64,000 bases of DNA, from NCBI GenBank assembly GCA_937903155.1, contig CALCZU010000132.1, forward strand, positions 18,043-82,042, given 5' to 3'. Under the pieces are notes generated by a model. It was not told where the DNA came from. It searched no databases and saw only the letters and a program-made list of their open reading frames with translations. Below are positions 9,594 through 19,540 of the stretch, piece after piece. The stretch is from an uncultured Bdellovibrionales bacterium (GTDB taxonomy: Bacteria > Bdellovibrionota > FAC87 > UBA2466). The translations under genes were made by a program, and so were the position numbers. Position 1 is the first letter of the stretch. Each line of letters begins with the position of its first letter.

Positions 9594-10721
9594 GTGTCAC
9601 TTGGAGCGTCTATGACAAATACTGCGAATCGCCCCTTAAGAGGCGCAATTATTGGATACGGATTTATCTCTTCTTTAGGCCATGCGGCCGCTTACGAAGC
9701 TCGTAACAAAATGGGAAAAGATGTCGAAATCGTCGCGATTGCCGATATCTGTGAAGCGAGACGGGATCTCGCGATGCAAAAACATCCCGGAGTTAGACTT
9801 TACACCGACTACGAAATTCTTCTCGAACAAGAAGCCGAGAACCTAGACTTCATCGATATTTCAACGCCTCCCGTATTTCACGCCGAGATTGCGCTCCTCG
9901 CTTTCGAAAAAGGACTGCATGTTCTCTGCGAAAAACCTTTGACGGTGAATTTAGGAGAAGCAAAAGAACTTTTACAGGCTGCCCAAAAATACAAACGTGT
10001 TCTATTTCCTTGTCACAACTACAAGCACGCTCCTGTTGTGAAAGCGATTCAAGAAGTGATTGAAAGCGGACAAATCGGAAAAGTTCGCTCGTTGACACTG
10101 AATACATTTCGCAACACCCATGCAAAAGGGGTGACCGAGTGGAAAACGAATTGGAGACGCAGCAAACAATACAGCGGTGGCGGAATTGCAATGGATCATG
10201 GAAGTCATACGTTTTATCTAACGTTTGACTGGCTAAAAAGTTATCCGACGGCCGTCACGGCGAAGATGTCGAATCTCGAACCCGAAAAATGGGATACCGA
10301 AGATAATTTTTCAGCCGTCCTGACTTTTCCAACCGGAATTGCCAATGTGAATTTGACTTGGACCGCGGGCGTTCGAAAAGTGATTTACACGATTCAAGGC
10401 GAATTTGGCGCGATCACCGTCGATGATGATGAGATGCAGGTTGCGCTCATGCAAAAGACTTCGGGACCTGATGTCGCACAGGGTGCCGTCACCTGGCATG
10501 TCGATAAAAGGCAGATCGCTTCGAACTGGATGGATGCAAGCCATGCGACCTGGTTTAACTCCATGTTTGATCTTTTCAAAAAAGCGATTGCGACAAACGA
10601 TTACGTCAGCAAAGAAGCGAAAGAAGCTTATCTGTGCATTCAACTTATTTCCGCCGCATACCAATCGGCGAGTGAGCGGTCTGTGGAGCTTCCCCTCTCT
10701 AGCGAAATCCCTATTAATTAA
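9594..10721 (+). CDS. Gfo/Idh/MocA family NAD(P)-dependent oxidoreductase
   Basis: 375 aa. It has the Rossmann N-terminus GAIIGYGFIS, the family motif LCEKPL and a C-terminal alpha/beta domain. The start may be the internal Met at about 9612. Confidence 0.8.
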   Translation: MSLGASMTNTANRPLRGAIIGYGFISSLGHAAAYEARNKMGKDVEIVAIADICEARRDLAMQKHPGVRLYTDYEILLEQEAENLDFIDISTPPVFHAEIALLAFEKGLHVLCEKPLTVNLGEAKELLQAAQKYKRVLFPCHNYKHAPVVKAIQEVIESGQIGKVRSLTLNTFRNTHAKGVTEWKTNWRRSKQYSGGGIAMDHGSHTFYLTFDWLKSYPTAVTAKMSNLEPEKWDTEDNFSAVLTFPTGIANVNLTWTAGVRKVIYTIQGEFGAITVDDDEMQVALMQKTSGPDVAQGAVTWHVDKRQIASNWMDASHATWFNSMFDLFKKAIATNDYVSKEAKEAYLCIQLISAAYQSASERSVELPLSSEIPIN

Positions 10722-10803
10722 GAATACTTATATCAATTTTGAAGTCGGATGAGAGAAGTTGCAGAAAATCTTAAATCCGCTTATAAAGGGGTAGGAATTT
10801 CAA

Positions 10804-11688
10804 ATGCTTGCTTATGACGTCGTAAATTCGATTGCCCTCATTGGAATTCTTCTCCTCGTCGTTCTGGCTTATACCTTTCGGGTAATGACTCGAGGCAAAG
10901 CTCAGTTTTCAAGAGTCGACAAACAAGGGGGAAGTGTTCTTTTAGGCAAAGGCTTAATGGAAATGGCCTATTGGTCTCTCCAACCGATTGCTCGCTTTTT
11001 AGTGTTCACCGGAATTACTCCCAATCAACTTTCGTGGGCTTCTTTGGTACTCGGCGGACTGGCCGGAACTTCTTTAGCGTACGGTTATTTTGGTTTTGGG
11101 GCGCTCTTCGCAACCTACTCTGCATTTTTAGATACACTCGATGGCATGGTCGCAAGATTGACTCACGTGGCTTCCGATGCGGGAGAAGTTTTAGATGCGG
11201 CAGTGGACAGATATGTTGAGTTTTTCTTTTTAGCGGGCGTCGTGATTTACTACCGACAAGTCGCTCCTCTACAAATTATTGCGCTCTTCGCACTCGCGGG
11301 ATCTTTTATGGTGAGTTACTCGACGGCAAAGGCGGAAGCGCTTCATATTCCGCCGCCTCCGGGGATTATGAGACGTCCTGAGCGCGCGTTTTATTTGATT
11401 TTAGGAGCGGCGCTTTCGCCGATTCCGATGCCGTGGCTTGATACGTTTTTTAATTTTCCACTGACTGTGGGATACCCGCTGCTTCTCGCAACGTTCTTCG
11501 TTGCACTCTTAAGTAATATTTCTGCGATCGAACGTCTTTGGACGATTGGTCGTGCGATGAGACAAAGAGAAGCTGCCGCTCACGCGCAGAACGCGAGCGC
11601 CGAAGAAAACCTCGATGATTCTTTAGAAGCGAACTCTGTGATCACAAGCGAAGAAGAACTCGCTCTTTCTCCTAAAAAACCCCACTAA
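10804..11688 (+). CDS. CDP-alcohol phosphatidyltransferase family membrane protein
   Basis: 294 aa. The signature D-G-x2-A-R-x8-G-x3-D-x3-D is present as DTLDGMVARLTHVASDAGEVLDAAVDR, along with multiple TM segments. The C-terminal hydrophilic tail is unusual. Confidence 0.7.
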   Translation: MLAYDVVNSIALIGILLLVVLAYTFRVMTRGKAQFSRVDKQGGSVLLGKGLMEMAYWSLQPIARFLVFTGITPNQLSWASLVLGGLAGTSLAYGYFGFGALFATYSAFLDTLDGMVARLTHVASDAGEVLDAAVDRYVEFFFLAGVVIYYRQVAPLQIIALFALAGSFMVSYSTAKAEALHIPPPPGIMRRPERAFYLILGAALSPIPMPWLDTFFNFPLTVGYPLLLATFFVALLSNISAIERLWTIGRAMRQREAAAHAQNASAEENLDDSLEANSVITSEEELALSPKKPH

Positions 11689-13388
11689 TTCGGCTTTGCC
11701 GGATTGATGACAAGCTCTTTCAGCTGGTAGTTCAAACCCATGCCTTGAAGACTGCGTTTCGCAACGTCTTCCACTTTGGTTTTTAATTCGGGAGATACCT
11801 TTTTTCCCGTAATAAACCCTGTCACTTCAAACCCGAGAGGCGTTGAGATCGCACTGAACGCCAGATCGACGTCGTTCGATTTGAACTCTTTACGAATAGA
11901 CTTTTCAAGAATCTCGAGCTGAACAGCGACTTCAGATTTCTCGAGGTCGGATAATTCCTTCGAGTGATTCCAACCCTTCATCTGCCGTTCGGGAACGGCC
12001 ACACGAAATTGCCCAGGCGATTTTGCATGCAGAAGCGCTAGAAATTTTTTAAACTTTTCGGAATTTAGATCCTTCTCGCTACAAGTAATTGTCATATCGT
12101 CGCCCGAAAAACGCACTTGAGATGCAGAGTCGACAAGTTTACTTAAACGAGCCGCCGTTTGAACCGTGTCTCTTTGGCGATCCACCCACTCCGTCGCCTC
12201 TTTTTCGCTCTCGCGGGCCGCATTGACCGCATCTAAAACCAAATCCTCGTGAGTGCGCGTTCGGTCCATTTTTACGAGATGTTTAATCAGCTTTTGAAGA
12301 TTGAGTGCACCCACTCCTTTAATATCGACGCTAATCGGCTGACCTTCGAACGTGGGCCTCTCACCCCCAGTGGAATTGATGGAGGGCGAAAACTTATCCG
12401 ACAAACTCGACAAATCTCTGAGTTGAATGATCTCCTCATTTGAAAGTTCAGGGAGGTTTGCTTCTTTCATTTGCGTTTTGATGTATGCCAAATAACGCTC
12501 GAACGCGGTATTGGGTTGAACACCCTCACTTGAAAAGGACGGGGCCTTTCGAAAAATATCCAGAAGTTCGTAGCTGGGAAGAGCGACACCGTCTTCGATT
12601 TCCACGAGGCCTTTCGGAAGGTTTTTAAGGGAAACGGCATCGTGGTGTTCCCAAATCCTTTTTAAGGTTTCAGCAATCTTCGCGTCGTTTGTCCGTATGG
12701 GAATTACATTTTTATCGGTTCTTTGTCCGAAATCTTCTCGTGCAAAACGCGCTCTTAAGCCCGCAAGATCCGCGATCACTACGGGATTCGACACCCCATT
12801 TTTCTGCGCGAAGCCCGCCGTATGCCATGAGGCAATTTGGGAATCTAATCGAGTTTTGGGTGCCGTTTCGATGCGATGGCTAATATCCGGGGCGAGTTCT
12901 TGTAAAGAGGGACCTAAATCTTTCGCAAAGCTTTCGTTTACCTTTTCAAACAAAGCTTTTAGACGAGTGTCGAACGCGGGCTTTGCAAACGCAGGCACGG
13001 CCTTAAAGGCAAGTCGCATCGTTTTAAAATCTGAATATTTCGACAAGAGGTAAGGAAATAAAAAGTCGTCGTTTTCGAGCGCTTCTTGAAACTTTTTTCG
13101 AAAAAGGTTTTCGGCGGCATCGACGACTTCTTTGCTCTGCATGCCGTAATCGTTTTGCCACTTTTTATTCGCAGAATCGATATGAAGTATCGAATCAACT
13201 TGATTGCTTTTGGCAGTCAGTCTTTTGAGATGCGCCTCATTGTCCGCATTGGTGGTGAATGAATAGAACCTGGCTACCTTCTGATAGAGCGCCGCCAGAA
13301 TTTTTTCGCAGCGGAGGTTCGCGCTGCAAATATTCGCAACGGCGAGCCATAAAAACAGCGCAATTTTAAAGGCAGACGGACGCATCAT
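11685..13388 (-). CDS. Hypothetical secreted protein
   Basis: 567 aa with an N-terminal signal peptide (MMRPSAFKIALFLWLAVANICSA). No motif recognised. Confidence 0.4.
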   Translation of the reverse strand: MMRPSAFKIALFLWLAVANICSANLRCEKILAALYQKVARFYSFTTNADNEAHLKRLTAKSNQVDSILHIDSANKKWQNDYGMQSKEVVDAAENLFRKKFQEALENDDFLFPYLLSKYSDFKTMRLAFKAVPAFAKPAFDTRLKALFEKVNESFAKDLGPSLQELAPDISHRIETAPKTRLDSQIASWHTAGFAQKNGVSNPVVIADLAGLRARFAREDFGQRTDKNVIPIRTNDAKIAETLKRIWEHHDAVSLKNLPKGLVEIEDGVALPSYELLDIFRKAPSFSSEGVQPNTAFERYLAYIKTQMKEANLPELSNEEIIQLRDLSSLSDKFSPSINSTGGERPTFEGQPISVDIKGVGALNLQKLIKHLVKMDRTRTHEDLVLDAVNAARESEKEATEWVDRQRDTVQTAARLSKLVDSASQVRFSGDDMTITCSEKDLNSEKFKKFLALLHAKSPGQFRVAVPERQMKGWNHSKELSDLEKSEVAVQLEILEKSIRKEFKSNDVDLAFSAISTPLGFEVTGFITGKKVSPELKTKVEDVAKRSLQGMGLNYQLKELVINPAKPN

Positions 13389-13431
13389 AGCTCTTCTCTT
13401 TCGGCATTCATTAGGAAAACCTTGAATCAGA

Positions 13432-13459
13432 CCGTCGTTGCGAGGAGCGGAGCGACGAG
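13432..13459. repeat. REP-like element copy (CCGTCGTTGCGAGGAGCGGAGCGACGAG)
   Basis: Nearly identical to the copy at 25034..25062. It lies in the intergenic gap between two minus-strand genes. Confidence 0.5.
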
Positions 13460-13468
13460 ATGGAAGAA

Positions 13469-13915
13469 TTAAACGGGATCAATCGTCATTTCGCATTTGA
13501 GGGAATTAGCGATAAAGCAGTTTGCATGGGATTTTTCATGCATCGTTTTGAGCTTTTCCGGGCTCGGGGCTTCGCCACTGAACGTGACTTTGGGATTCAA
13601 TCGAATATGGGTGACACACATTTTGCCGTTTTCACCTTTATCGAGTTTTGCGACGGCATTGTCAGTATAGCTATCGACCGTCAGTCGGCTTTTTGCAGCA
13701 ACCGCAAGAAAGGTTAGCATATGGCAGCTCGCTAATGCGGCGGCCAGCATTTCTTCGGGGTTCGCCAATTCTTTTTTCCCCGAAAATTCTGGCGCGGATG
13801 ACGCCGAAATCAGACTTCCTCCTCCGTAAACGACGGTATGAGTGCGATCATATGTTTCGTAAGCGAAATCAGGGGTCAGTCTTTTCCAAGTTACTTTTGC
13901 ATGGTGTTCGGACAT
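13469..13915 (-). CDS. OsmC/Ohr family peroxiredoxin-like protein
   Basis: 148 aa. The Cys-containing motifs ALASCHMLTF and HANCFIANS are typical of OsmC. Confidence 0.8.
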   Translation of the reverse strand: MSEHHAKVTWKRLTPDFAYETYDRTHTVVYGGGSLISASSAPEFSGKKELANPEEMLAAALASCHMLTFLAVAAKSRLTVDSYTDNAVAKLDKGENGKMCVTHIRLNPKVTFSGEAPSPEKLKTMHEKSHANCFIANSLKCEMTIDPV

Positions 13916-13998
13916 TTTTGGCCTCCAAAAACGTTTATTGTGAACACAAAGTTTTGCGAAGACAAGCCCTTCTCACGAAATTTTGATTCTCCCAAGAC

Positions 13999-15378
13999 TT
14001 GAGGTATAACGCTGGCGCTATGGAAATAAACGCTTCCCAACCCAAGAACCAAAAAGCCCAAATCAAAACTGCAATCCCAGGTCCGAAAAGCCGGGAACTG
14101 AGGGCCCGAGAAGAAAAAAACTTGGCTCCCGGTCTCCAGGGGTTCGCCTTAAAAGCGGGCGTCGTCGCACAAGAGGCCAAAGGCAGTACGGTTACTGACA
14201 TCGACGGCAATACCTTTTTAGATATTATTGGTGGAATCGGAGTCAACGGACTTGGTCATTCCCATCCGACTTACGTGAATGCGATCAAAAACCAAGTCGA
14301 AAAAATTTCGGTCGGAAGTTTTACAAGCGAAGCGCGGGTGGAACTTTTCGAACGCATCGGCAATCATCCTCCTGCCCCGGGTGTCGACCAAGCTCAACTT
14401 TATTCGGGCGGTTCTGAAGCCGTCGAATCTGCTTTGCGTCTTTCGAAGTGCTATACCGGAAAATACGAGTTTGTGAGTTTTTGGGGCGGTTTTCATGGAA
14501 AAACGATGGGAACCCTTTCGCTGATGGGATCGGATTTCAAAGACAAGCTAGGACCCATGGTACCTGGCGCGCATATTATCCCCTACGCCAATTGCTACCG
14601 TTGTCCGTTTAAGCTGGAGCCCGAATCGTGCGGAATGGCTTGTGTGGATTTTGCGAGGAAGCATTTGAAATATGCGAGCAGCGGAGAAATTGCGGCCTTT
14701 ATCGCGGAACCGATGCAGGGTACAGCCGGAAATATTATTCCTCCCAAAGATTTTCTTCCCGCGATTAAAGAAGTCGCCAAAGAATTTGGCGCACTCATGA
14801 TCGTCGACGAAATGATCACGGGCTTTGGTCGCACCGGCAAATATTGGGGAGCAGAACACTCAGGCGTTCAACCCGATATCGTAACCCTTGGAAAACAATT
14901 CGGTGGCGGATTCCCCATCGCGGCCCTTCTCTCGAAAAAAGAAATTGTAGAGACCAAACCTTGGTCTAACCCATCGGGTTCTTCTTCAAGCTACGGAGGA
15001 AATCCTCTCGCATCGGTTGCCGCCGCGACTTCACTCCGAATTATTGACGAAGAAGGGCTTGTCGAAAATTCAAAAGTCGTCGGAGAATACTTCCTTCAAA
15101 AAATTAAACACTTCGAAGAAAAGTATCCGTTCATTGGTCAGGTCCGAGGCGCTGGGCTTTTTATGGCGATTGAAATGGTCAAAGACAAAAAGACCAAAGA
15201 ACCTCTTTCGAAAAACGAATGTGACAAGGTCTTTATGGAGTTCCTCCAGGAAGGTCTCTTGACGATGTCTTACGCTCCCAGTTTCCGGATTCAACCTGCG
15301 ATGACGATCGACAAAGGAACCGTCGACGAAGTGGTCAAAATCATGGAATGTGTCTTCGATAAAATGAAGAGCGTCTGA
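13999..15378 (+). CDS. Class III (AT-III) PLP-dependent aminotransferase
   Basis: 459 aa. GNTFLDIIGGIGVNGLGHSHP, the DEMITGFGRTGKYW PLP-Lys region and a C-terminal AT-III fold pattern. An alternative start is at 14020. Confidence 0.85.
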   Translation: MRYNAGAMEINASQPKNQKAQIKTAIPGPKSRELRAREEKNLAPGLQGFALKAGVVAQEAKGSTVTDIDGNTFLDIIGGIGVNGLGHSHPTYVNAIKNQVEKISVGSFTSEARVELFERIGNHPPAPGVDQAQLYSGGSEAVESALRLSKCYTGKYEFVSFWGGFHGKTMGTLSLMGSDFKDKLGPMVPGAHIIPYANCYRCPFKLEPESCGMACVDFARKHLKYASSGEIAAFIAEPMQGTAGNIIPPKDFLPAIKEVAKEFGALMIVDEMITGFGRTGKYWGAEHSGVQPDIVTLGKQFGGGFPIAALLSKKEIVETKPWSNPSGSSSSYGGNPLASVAAATSLRIIDEEGLVENSKVVGEYFLQKIKHFEEKYPFIGQVRGAGLFMAIEMVKDKKTKEPLSKNECDKVFMEFLQEGLLTMSYAPSFRIQPAMTIDKGTVDEVVKIMECVFDKMKSV

Positions 15379-16284
15379 TTATTTAGACAGAGATTTCCAA
15401 ACTTCTGCAACTCCGTTTTCAATGAAATTCGGATAATCGTAACTGGGATATTTCTGTAAAATTGTTTTTACAATTTTTTCGGAGTCCGATTTCTTGAGCG
15501 CTTTGCCTTTTTTAGGGTGAAACGATTTGAACGTCCGAATGACGGTATTTAAATATTCGCTTTCGCGCGTTAAGACATCGGCATCGCCCGAACCACCCCT
15601 TCCGGTGCGAACATAAGTGGGTTCCATCGCATTGATTTCTTCAATTCGCTTTAGCCATTCTTCGGGTTGACCTAACTCTAACCAGCTGTGAAATCCAATC
15701 GTTGCGAGATCACCCACAAAAACATTGTCTTCGAACTGCACGACAACATGCGCGTCACTACAGCCTTTTCCTAAAACGTGCGCTTTAACGGTCAGTCCTG
15801 CGGCTTTCAATTCAGTCGTTTTATCGCCAAAAGATTCGGGCTTCGGAACCTCGGTGGGATAGTCGGGTTTAAAACTTTCAAAGAACCACGACGTCCGCAA
15901 TTTGTGAACCGCAGGAATTAGACTTAAAACTTGCGAGGAGGTTACCACTCGAATCCCTCGTTTTTGAAAAAGCTCGGTGCCGTTAAATTTATCGGGATTA
16001 GGATGAAGAATAATCGCGAGTTTCGCCTTTTTCGCAGTCACTTTCTCTGCCCAGTTCAACATCTCTTCTGAAGCGCTGGGTAGAAATTGCGTGTCGATCA
16101 GGATTAAGCCGTCGGGCCCTTCAATCCAGTACGAGGAAGTCCGAAATCCTTTCCAGCTTGAAACGTAGGTTCCGATGCGTCCGTCTCCTTGAGTCATCGT
16201 GACTTCCGCTTTTTCAGGAAGCAAGGACGCGGAACAGAGAATCGATAAAAAGGATAAGATAAAAACGAAATAGAAGGGTTTCAT
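15379..16284 (-). CDS. MBL-fold metallo-hydrolase, secreted
   Basis: Starts at MKPFYF with a signal peptide. LILIDTQF and HVLGKGCSDAHVVV are beta-lactamase-fold-like blocks. Motif identification is weak. Confidence 0.5.
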   Translation of the reverse strand: MKPFYFVFILSFLSILCSASLLPEKAEVTMTQGDGRIGTYVSSWKGFRTSSYWIEGPDGLILIDTQFLPSASEEMLNWAEKVTAKKAKLAIILHPNPDKFNGTELFQKRGIRVVTSSQVLSLIPAVHKLRTSWFFESFKPDYPTEVPKPESFGDKTTELKAAGLTVKAHVLGKGCSDAHVVVQFEDNVFVGDLATIGFHSWLELGQPEEWLKRIEEINAMEPTYVRTGRGGSGDADVLTRESEYLNTVIRTFKSFHPKKGKALKKSDSEKIVKTILQKYPSYDYPNFIENGVAEVWKSLSK

Positions 16285-16366
16285 GCGGATTCGAGTAACA
16301 TGACCGAATGGTAAGCGCAAATTTTTGATGTGTTATTCGCAAACATTGCATGTATGATTTTGTCTC

Positions 16367-17281
16367 ATGAGTTGGAAAATCTCTATCCTCTTTTACTTTC
16401 TATTCGCTTCTCTAGCTTATCCCATTGTCGAAAAAATCAACGGACCTGAGGCGGGAATGGAAGCCGTTCCTTCGGCTCTATTAACCGATACGGATTCAAA
16501 ACTTCCTTTGGGCAAGGCGTCCCATGAATCTTTCTATGCGAATTTATTTTTTCCGATTGAAGTGAAGAGTCTTGGATTCAGTTTAGTTCCCAAAGTCGAT
16601 TTTTATCATGAGCGCCGACATCAAACAGAGGTTTTAAACCCCGTTTTAAATTCTGGAAATGCCATGAACTCTCTTTCGACACTTGCAACGGGGGCATTTT
16701 TCATCAAAGAAAAGACGGCGTCATTGCCCGAAATCGTGATTGGCGAAAGTCGCTACACAGGAGTGAGTGTCGGCGGAGGCCCTGGCAGCCTATGGGAGAC
16801 GATTTTAGGTGCGACCTTCGAAGGCTTGTACCCCGAACTTGGAAGCGGCAAAAACGAAACGTTCTTTGGCGTTCGTTGGAGACACTATCCGGGATTCGAT
16901 CAGTTTCTTCCGCTGATTTTCAAACGCCTCAGTTTTGAAGACGGTTGGTATTTCGATGTTCAGATTCCAACGCATATGTATTTAGGTTGGATTACCGAAG
17001 ATCGGGGGTGGGATTTTTTCACGGGCCCCAAACTTTCGGATGTTCAGTACCCTCACGACACTTCGGTTTTTCAGGGATGGATGCGGGGAACTCGAATTGA
17101 CATCGTTTTAGGCGCACGTCGCAATCTTGCGGGCGTTTTTTATGCTTCTTTAGAAACGGGGATACAGGGCGACTCCCTCACCTTTAATCGAAGCGATGGA
17201 ACCGAAGCCCTTTCGATGAAAAGCAGCTTTCGACCCGTTGTGCGATTCTCACTGCAAACCTGGTTTGACAGGGCTCCTTGA
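16367..17281 (+). CDS. Hypothetical secreted protein
   Basis: 304 aa with an N-terminal hydrophobic leader. No motif recognised. Confidence 0.4.
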   Translation: MSWKISILFYFLFASLAYPIVEKINGPEAGMEAVPSALLTDTDSKLPLGKASHESFYANLFFPIEVKSLGFSLVPKVDFYHERRHQTEVLNPVLNSGNAMNSLSTLATGAFFIKEKTASLPEIVIGESRYTGVSVGGGPGSLWETILGATFEGLYPELGSGKNETFFGVRWRHYPGFDQFLPLIFKRLSFEDGWYFDVQIPTHMYLGWITEDRGWDFFTGPKLSDVQYPHDTSVFQGWMRGTRIDIVLGARRNLAGVFYASLETGIQGDSLTFNRSDGTEALSMKSSFRPVVRFSLQTWFDRAP

Positions 17282-17312
17282 CAATAAGTAGCCGACATAT
17301 TTCAACTAAGGG

Positions 17313-18494
17313 ATGAAGATTCCCCTCCTGGATTTAAAAAAGCAGTACCAAACGCTTAAACCTGCGATTTTAAAAGCCATCGAAAACATCGTCGAAAGTG
17401 GCCATTTCATCATGGGCCCCGACATCGAAGCGTTCGAAAAAGAAGTCGCAGGTTACTTAGGGGTGAAGTACGCGTTGGGAGTGACGAGCGGAACCGATGC
17501 GCTTTACATGGCACTCAAATCTTACGAGATTGGACACGGCGATAAAGTCCTCACAACCCCTTTCACTTTTTTTGCAACCGCGAGCGCGATTTGTAATGCG
17601 GGAGCCGAACCTGTTTTCGCAGATATTTTAGAAGATACGTTTAATATCGATCCCGAAAAAGTAGAGGATGTTCTCAAACGCGACATCCATAAAAAAATTA
17701 AAGCCATGATGCCCGTGCATCTTTACGGACAAGCCGCCGAAATGGGTGCGTTGCAAAGCTTGGCACGCAAATACAATGTGAGAATCATTGAAGACGCCGC
17801 GCAATCGATCGGAACCACTTTCCAAGGAAAAATGACGGGAACTTTTGGCGGATACGGCTGTTTCAGTTTATTTCCGACAAAAAACTTAGGAGCCATGGGA
17901 GATGCGGGCTTCTTAACGACTCAAGATGAAGTGGCTTATCAGAAAGCAAAATTAATTCGCGTGCATGGCGGCGCAAAGCAATACCATCACGATATTATCG
18001 GAAGTAATTTTAGAATTGATACGATGCAAGCGGCAATCTTACGAGTAATGTTGCCGCATCTTCCGACTTGGATCTCTGCTCGCCAGGGTCTCGCTCAGAA
18101 ATACAATGAAGCGTTTGAAGAGATGACACCCCTTGTGACGGCTCCTAAAACAAGTCAGAACTCCAATCACACTTATCACCAATATACGATTCGGGTGCAA
18201 AACGGACTCAGAGATTCTTTAAAAGAACATCTCACGCAAAAAAATATCGCCTCTGCGATCTACTATCCGATTCCTTGTCACTTACAAAAGGCGCTTTCGA
18301 ATTTAGGTTATCAGCCCGGCAATTTCCCTGTGACTGAAAAAGCGTCCCAAGAAGTTTTAAGCTTACCCGTGTATCCGGTTTTAGAAGCTGCCGAACAACA
18401 ATATGTAATCGATTCGATCAAAGAGTGGGCATCCCTGCAAACTCATCGCACGATGCCGTTAAGCAGAGACATCGGACAAAGTCCCGAAGCGTAG
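17313..18494 (+). CDS. DegT/DnrJ/EryC1/StrS family PLP-dependent sugar aminotransferase
   Basis: 393 aa. The N-terminus IPLLDLKKQY...ESGHFIMGPDIEAFEKEVAGYLGVKYALGVTSGTDALYMAL is canonical for this family. Confidence 0.9.
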   Translation: MKIPLLDLKKQYQTLKPAILKAIENIVESGHFIMGPDIEAFEKEVAGYLGVKYALGVTSGTDALYMALKSYEIGHGDKVLTTPFTFFATASAICNAGAEPVFADILEDTFNIDPEKVEDVLKRDIHKKIKAMMPVHLYGQAAEMGALQSLARKYNVRIIEDAAQSIGTTFQGKMTGTFGGYGCFSLFPTKNLGAMGDAGFLTTQDEVAYQKAKLIRVHGGAKQYHHDIIGSNFRIDTMQAAILRVMLPHLPTWISARQGLAQKYNEAFEEMTPLVTAPKTSQNSNHTYHQYTIRVQNGLRDSLKEHLTQKNIASAIYYPIPCHLQKALSNLGYQPGNFPVTEKASQEVLSLPVYPVLEAAEQQYVIDSIKEWASLQTHRTMPLSRDIGQSPEA

Positions 18495-18500
18495 AAACCC

Positions 18501-18540
18501 TTGTCATTGCGAGCGTCCGTAGCACGCGCGGCAATGACAG
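18501..18540. repeat. REP-like element copy (TTGTCATTGCGAGCGTCCGTAGCACGCGCGGCAATGACAG)
   Basis: Shares the GTCATTGCGAG core and GCGTAGCAC with the other copies and is internally palindromic. It sits between convergent genes. Confidence 0.55.
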
Positions 18541-18562
18541 AATGCGCTCTCCATCAAAAAAG

Positions 18563-19534
18563 TTAAGTTGGAACGGTGCCGGGGACGATGATGCCTTTTT
18601 TCTTGAGGCGGTGATTCCAGTAGGCATCGAGGGACATTGCGACGATGATTGCGTAAGCCGATCCCCATAAAATATCTAAGATGTAGTGGTGATTTAAATA
18701 CACGGCCGAAAAACACATCAATAAATAGTAAAGCGTTGTGAAGATTCTAAGCGATCCAAAACGGAACGCCCAATAAACAGAAATCAGTGGATAGGCGATA
18801 TGCAGCGAGGGAATCGCTCCGTGCACATCCGCGCTGCGCCCGTAAAAGTTTGCAAAAACCGGCAAGCCCACAAACTGATCAAAACGCACACAGCCGGCCA
18901 AGTTTGCGGGGACATCTAATCGCGCAGGTCCTAAACCATAAAGCGCCACATACCAAGGCGGCGAAGCCGCATACCAGTAGTAGGTCGAAAATCCGAGCAT
19001 ATTGACCCAAAAAAACGCCCACATGATTTGAGGCGATCGATAAAAAACCGAATGCGGGTGACAGATTTTTGTCCCCTTCCCCGAGAGCCAAAAGCGGTAA
19101 TAGCCTGCGACGATAATGTAAACAGGCACAAAGATGATGTAAGCAATCCCGCAAATAAAATCGAGAAATCCTATCGTATGCTTTTGCCACCACTCATTGG
19201 GAGTTAAAACCCCTTCGAGTGTTTTAATTCCAAAGAAATATTTATCAAACTCATAAGGCTCGCGAACGTGAATGGGTCCCCGAATGAGGTCTGCGTAGTA
19301 GCGTTGAGTATCGTAAATAATCAGCATTAAAAAAAGCGGGAATAGAAAATCAAAAAGGGGACGCGTTTTTTTTCCCCCGTAATAGAGCAGTGTCGGAACA
19401 AGACCCATTAAAATAATCTCGGCCCGGATTCCGCTCGTTTTTGAAGAGATAAGGACGTTGGAGACTTTTCCGTCCAAAAAATAGATGAGACCCCAGTAAG
19501 CAAACATCAAAACAATGGGGAAAATCTTTTTCAC
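18563..19534 (-). CDS. PAP2-superfamily integral membrane protein with sphingomyelin-synthase / AUR1 (IPC synthase)-like motifs
   Basis: 323 aa, polytopic. IPSLHIAYP resembles the SGH box and NHHYILDILWG resembles H-Y-x-x-D-[VI]. These are the SMS/AUR1 D3/D4-like motifs. Confidence 0.45.
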   Translation of the reverse strand: MKKIFPIVLMFAYWGLIYFLDGKVSNVLISSKTSGIRAEIILMGLVPTLLYYGGKKTRPLFDFLFPLFLMLIIYDTQRYYADLIRGPIHVREPYEFDKYFFGIKTLEGVLTPNEWWQKHTIGFLDFICGIAYIIFVPVYIIVAGYYRFWLSGKGTKICHPHSVFYRSPQIMWAFFWVNMLGFSTYYWYAASPPWYVALYGLGPARLDVPANLAGCVRFDQFVGLPVFANFYGRSADVHGAIPSLHIAYPLISVYWAFRFGSLRIFTTLYYLLMCFSAVYLNHHYILDILWGSAYAIIVAMSLDAYWNHRLKKKGIIVPGTVPT

Positions 19535-19540
19535 AATTTT

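Noticed and set aside
9850-10752. Several 60 to 117-aa ORFs antisense to or out of frame with the Gfo/Idh/MocA gene. Similar short overlapping ORFs occur throughout, for example 83..1625, 1831..2375, 4678..5350, 18418..19193 and 53030..53799
   Set aside because: Each is fully contained in a longer ORF with clear protein-family signatures on the other frame or strand. None has its own motif or RBS support.
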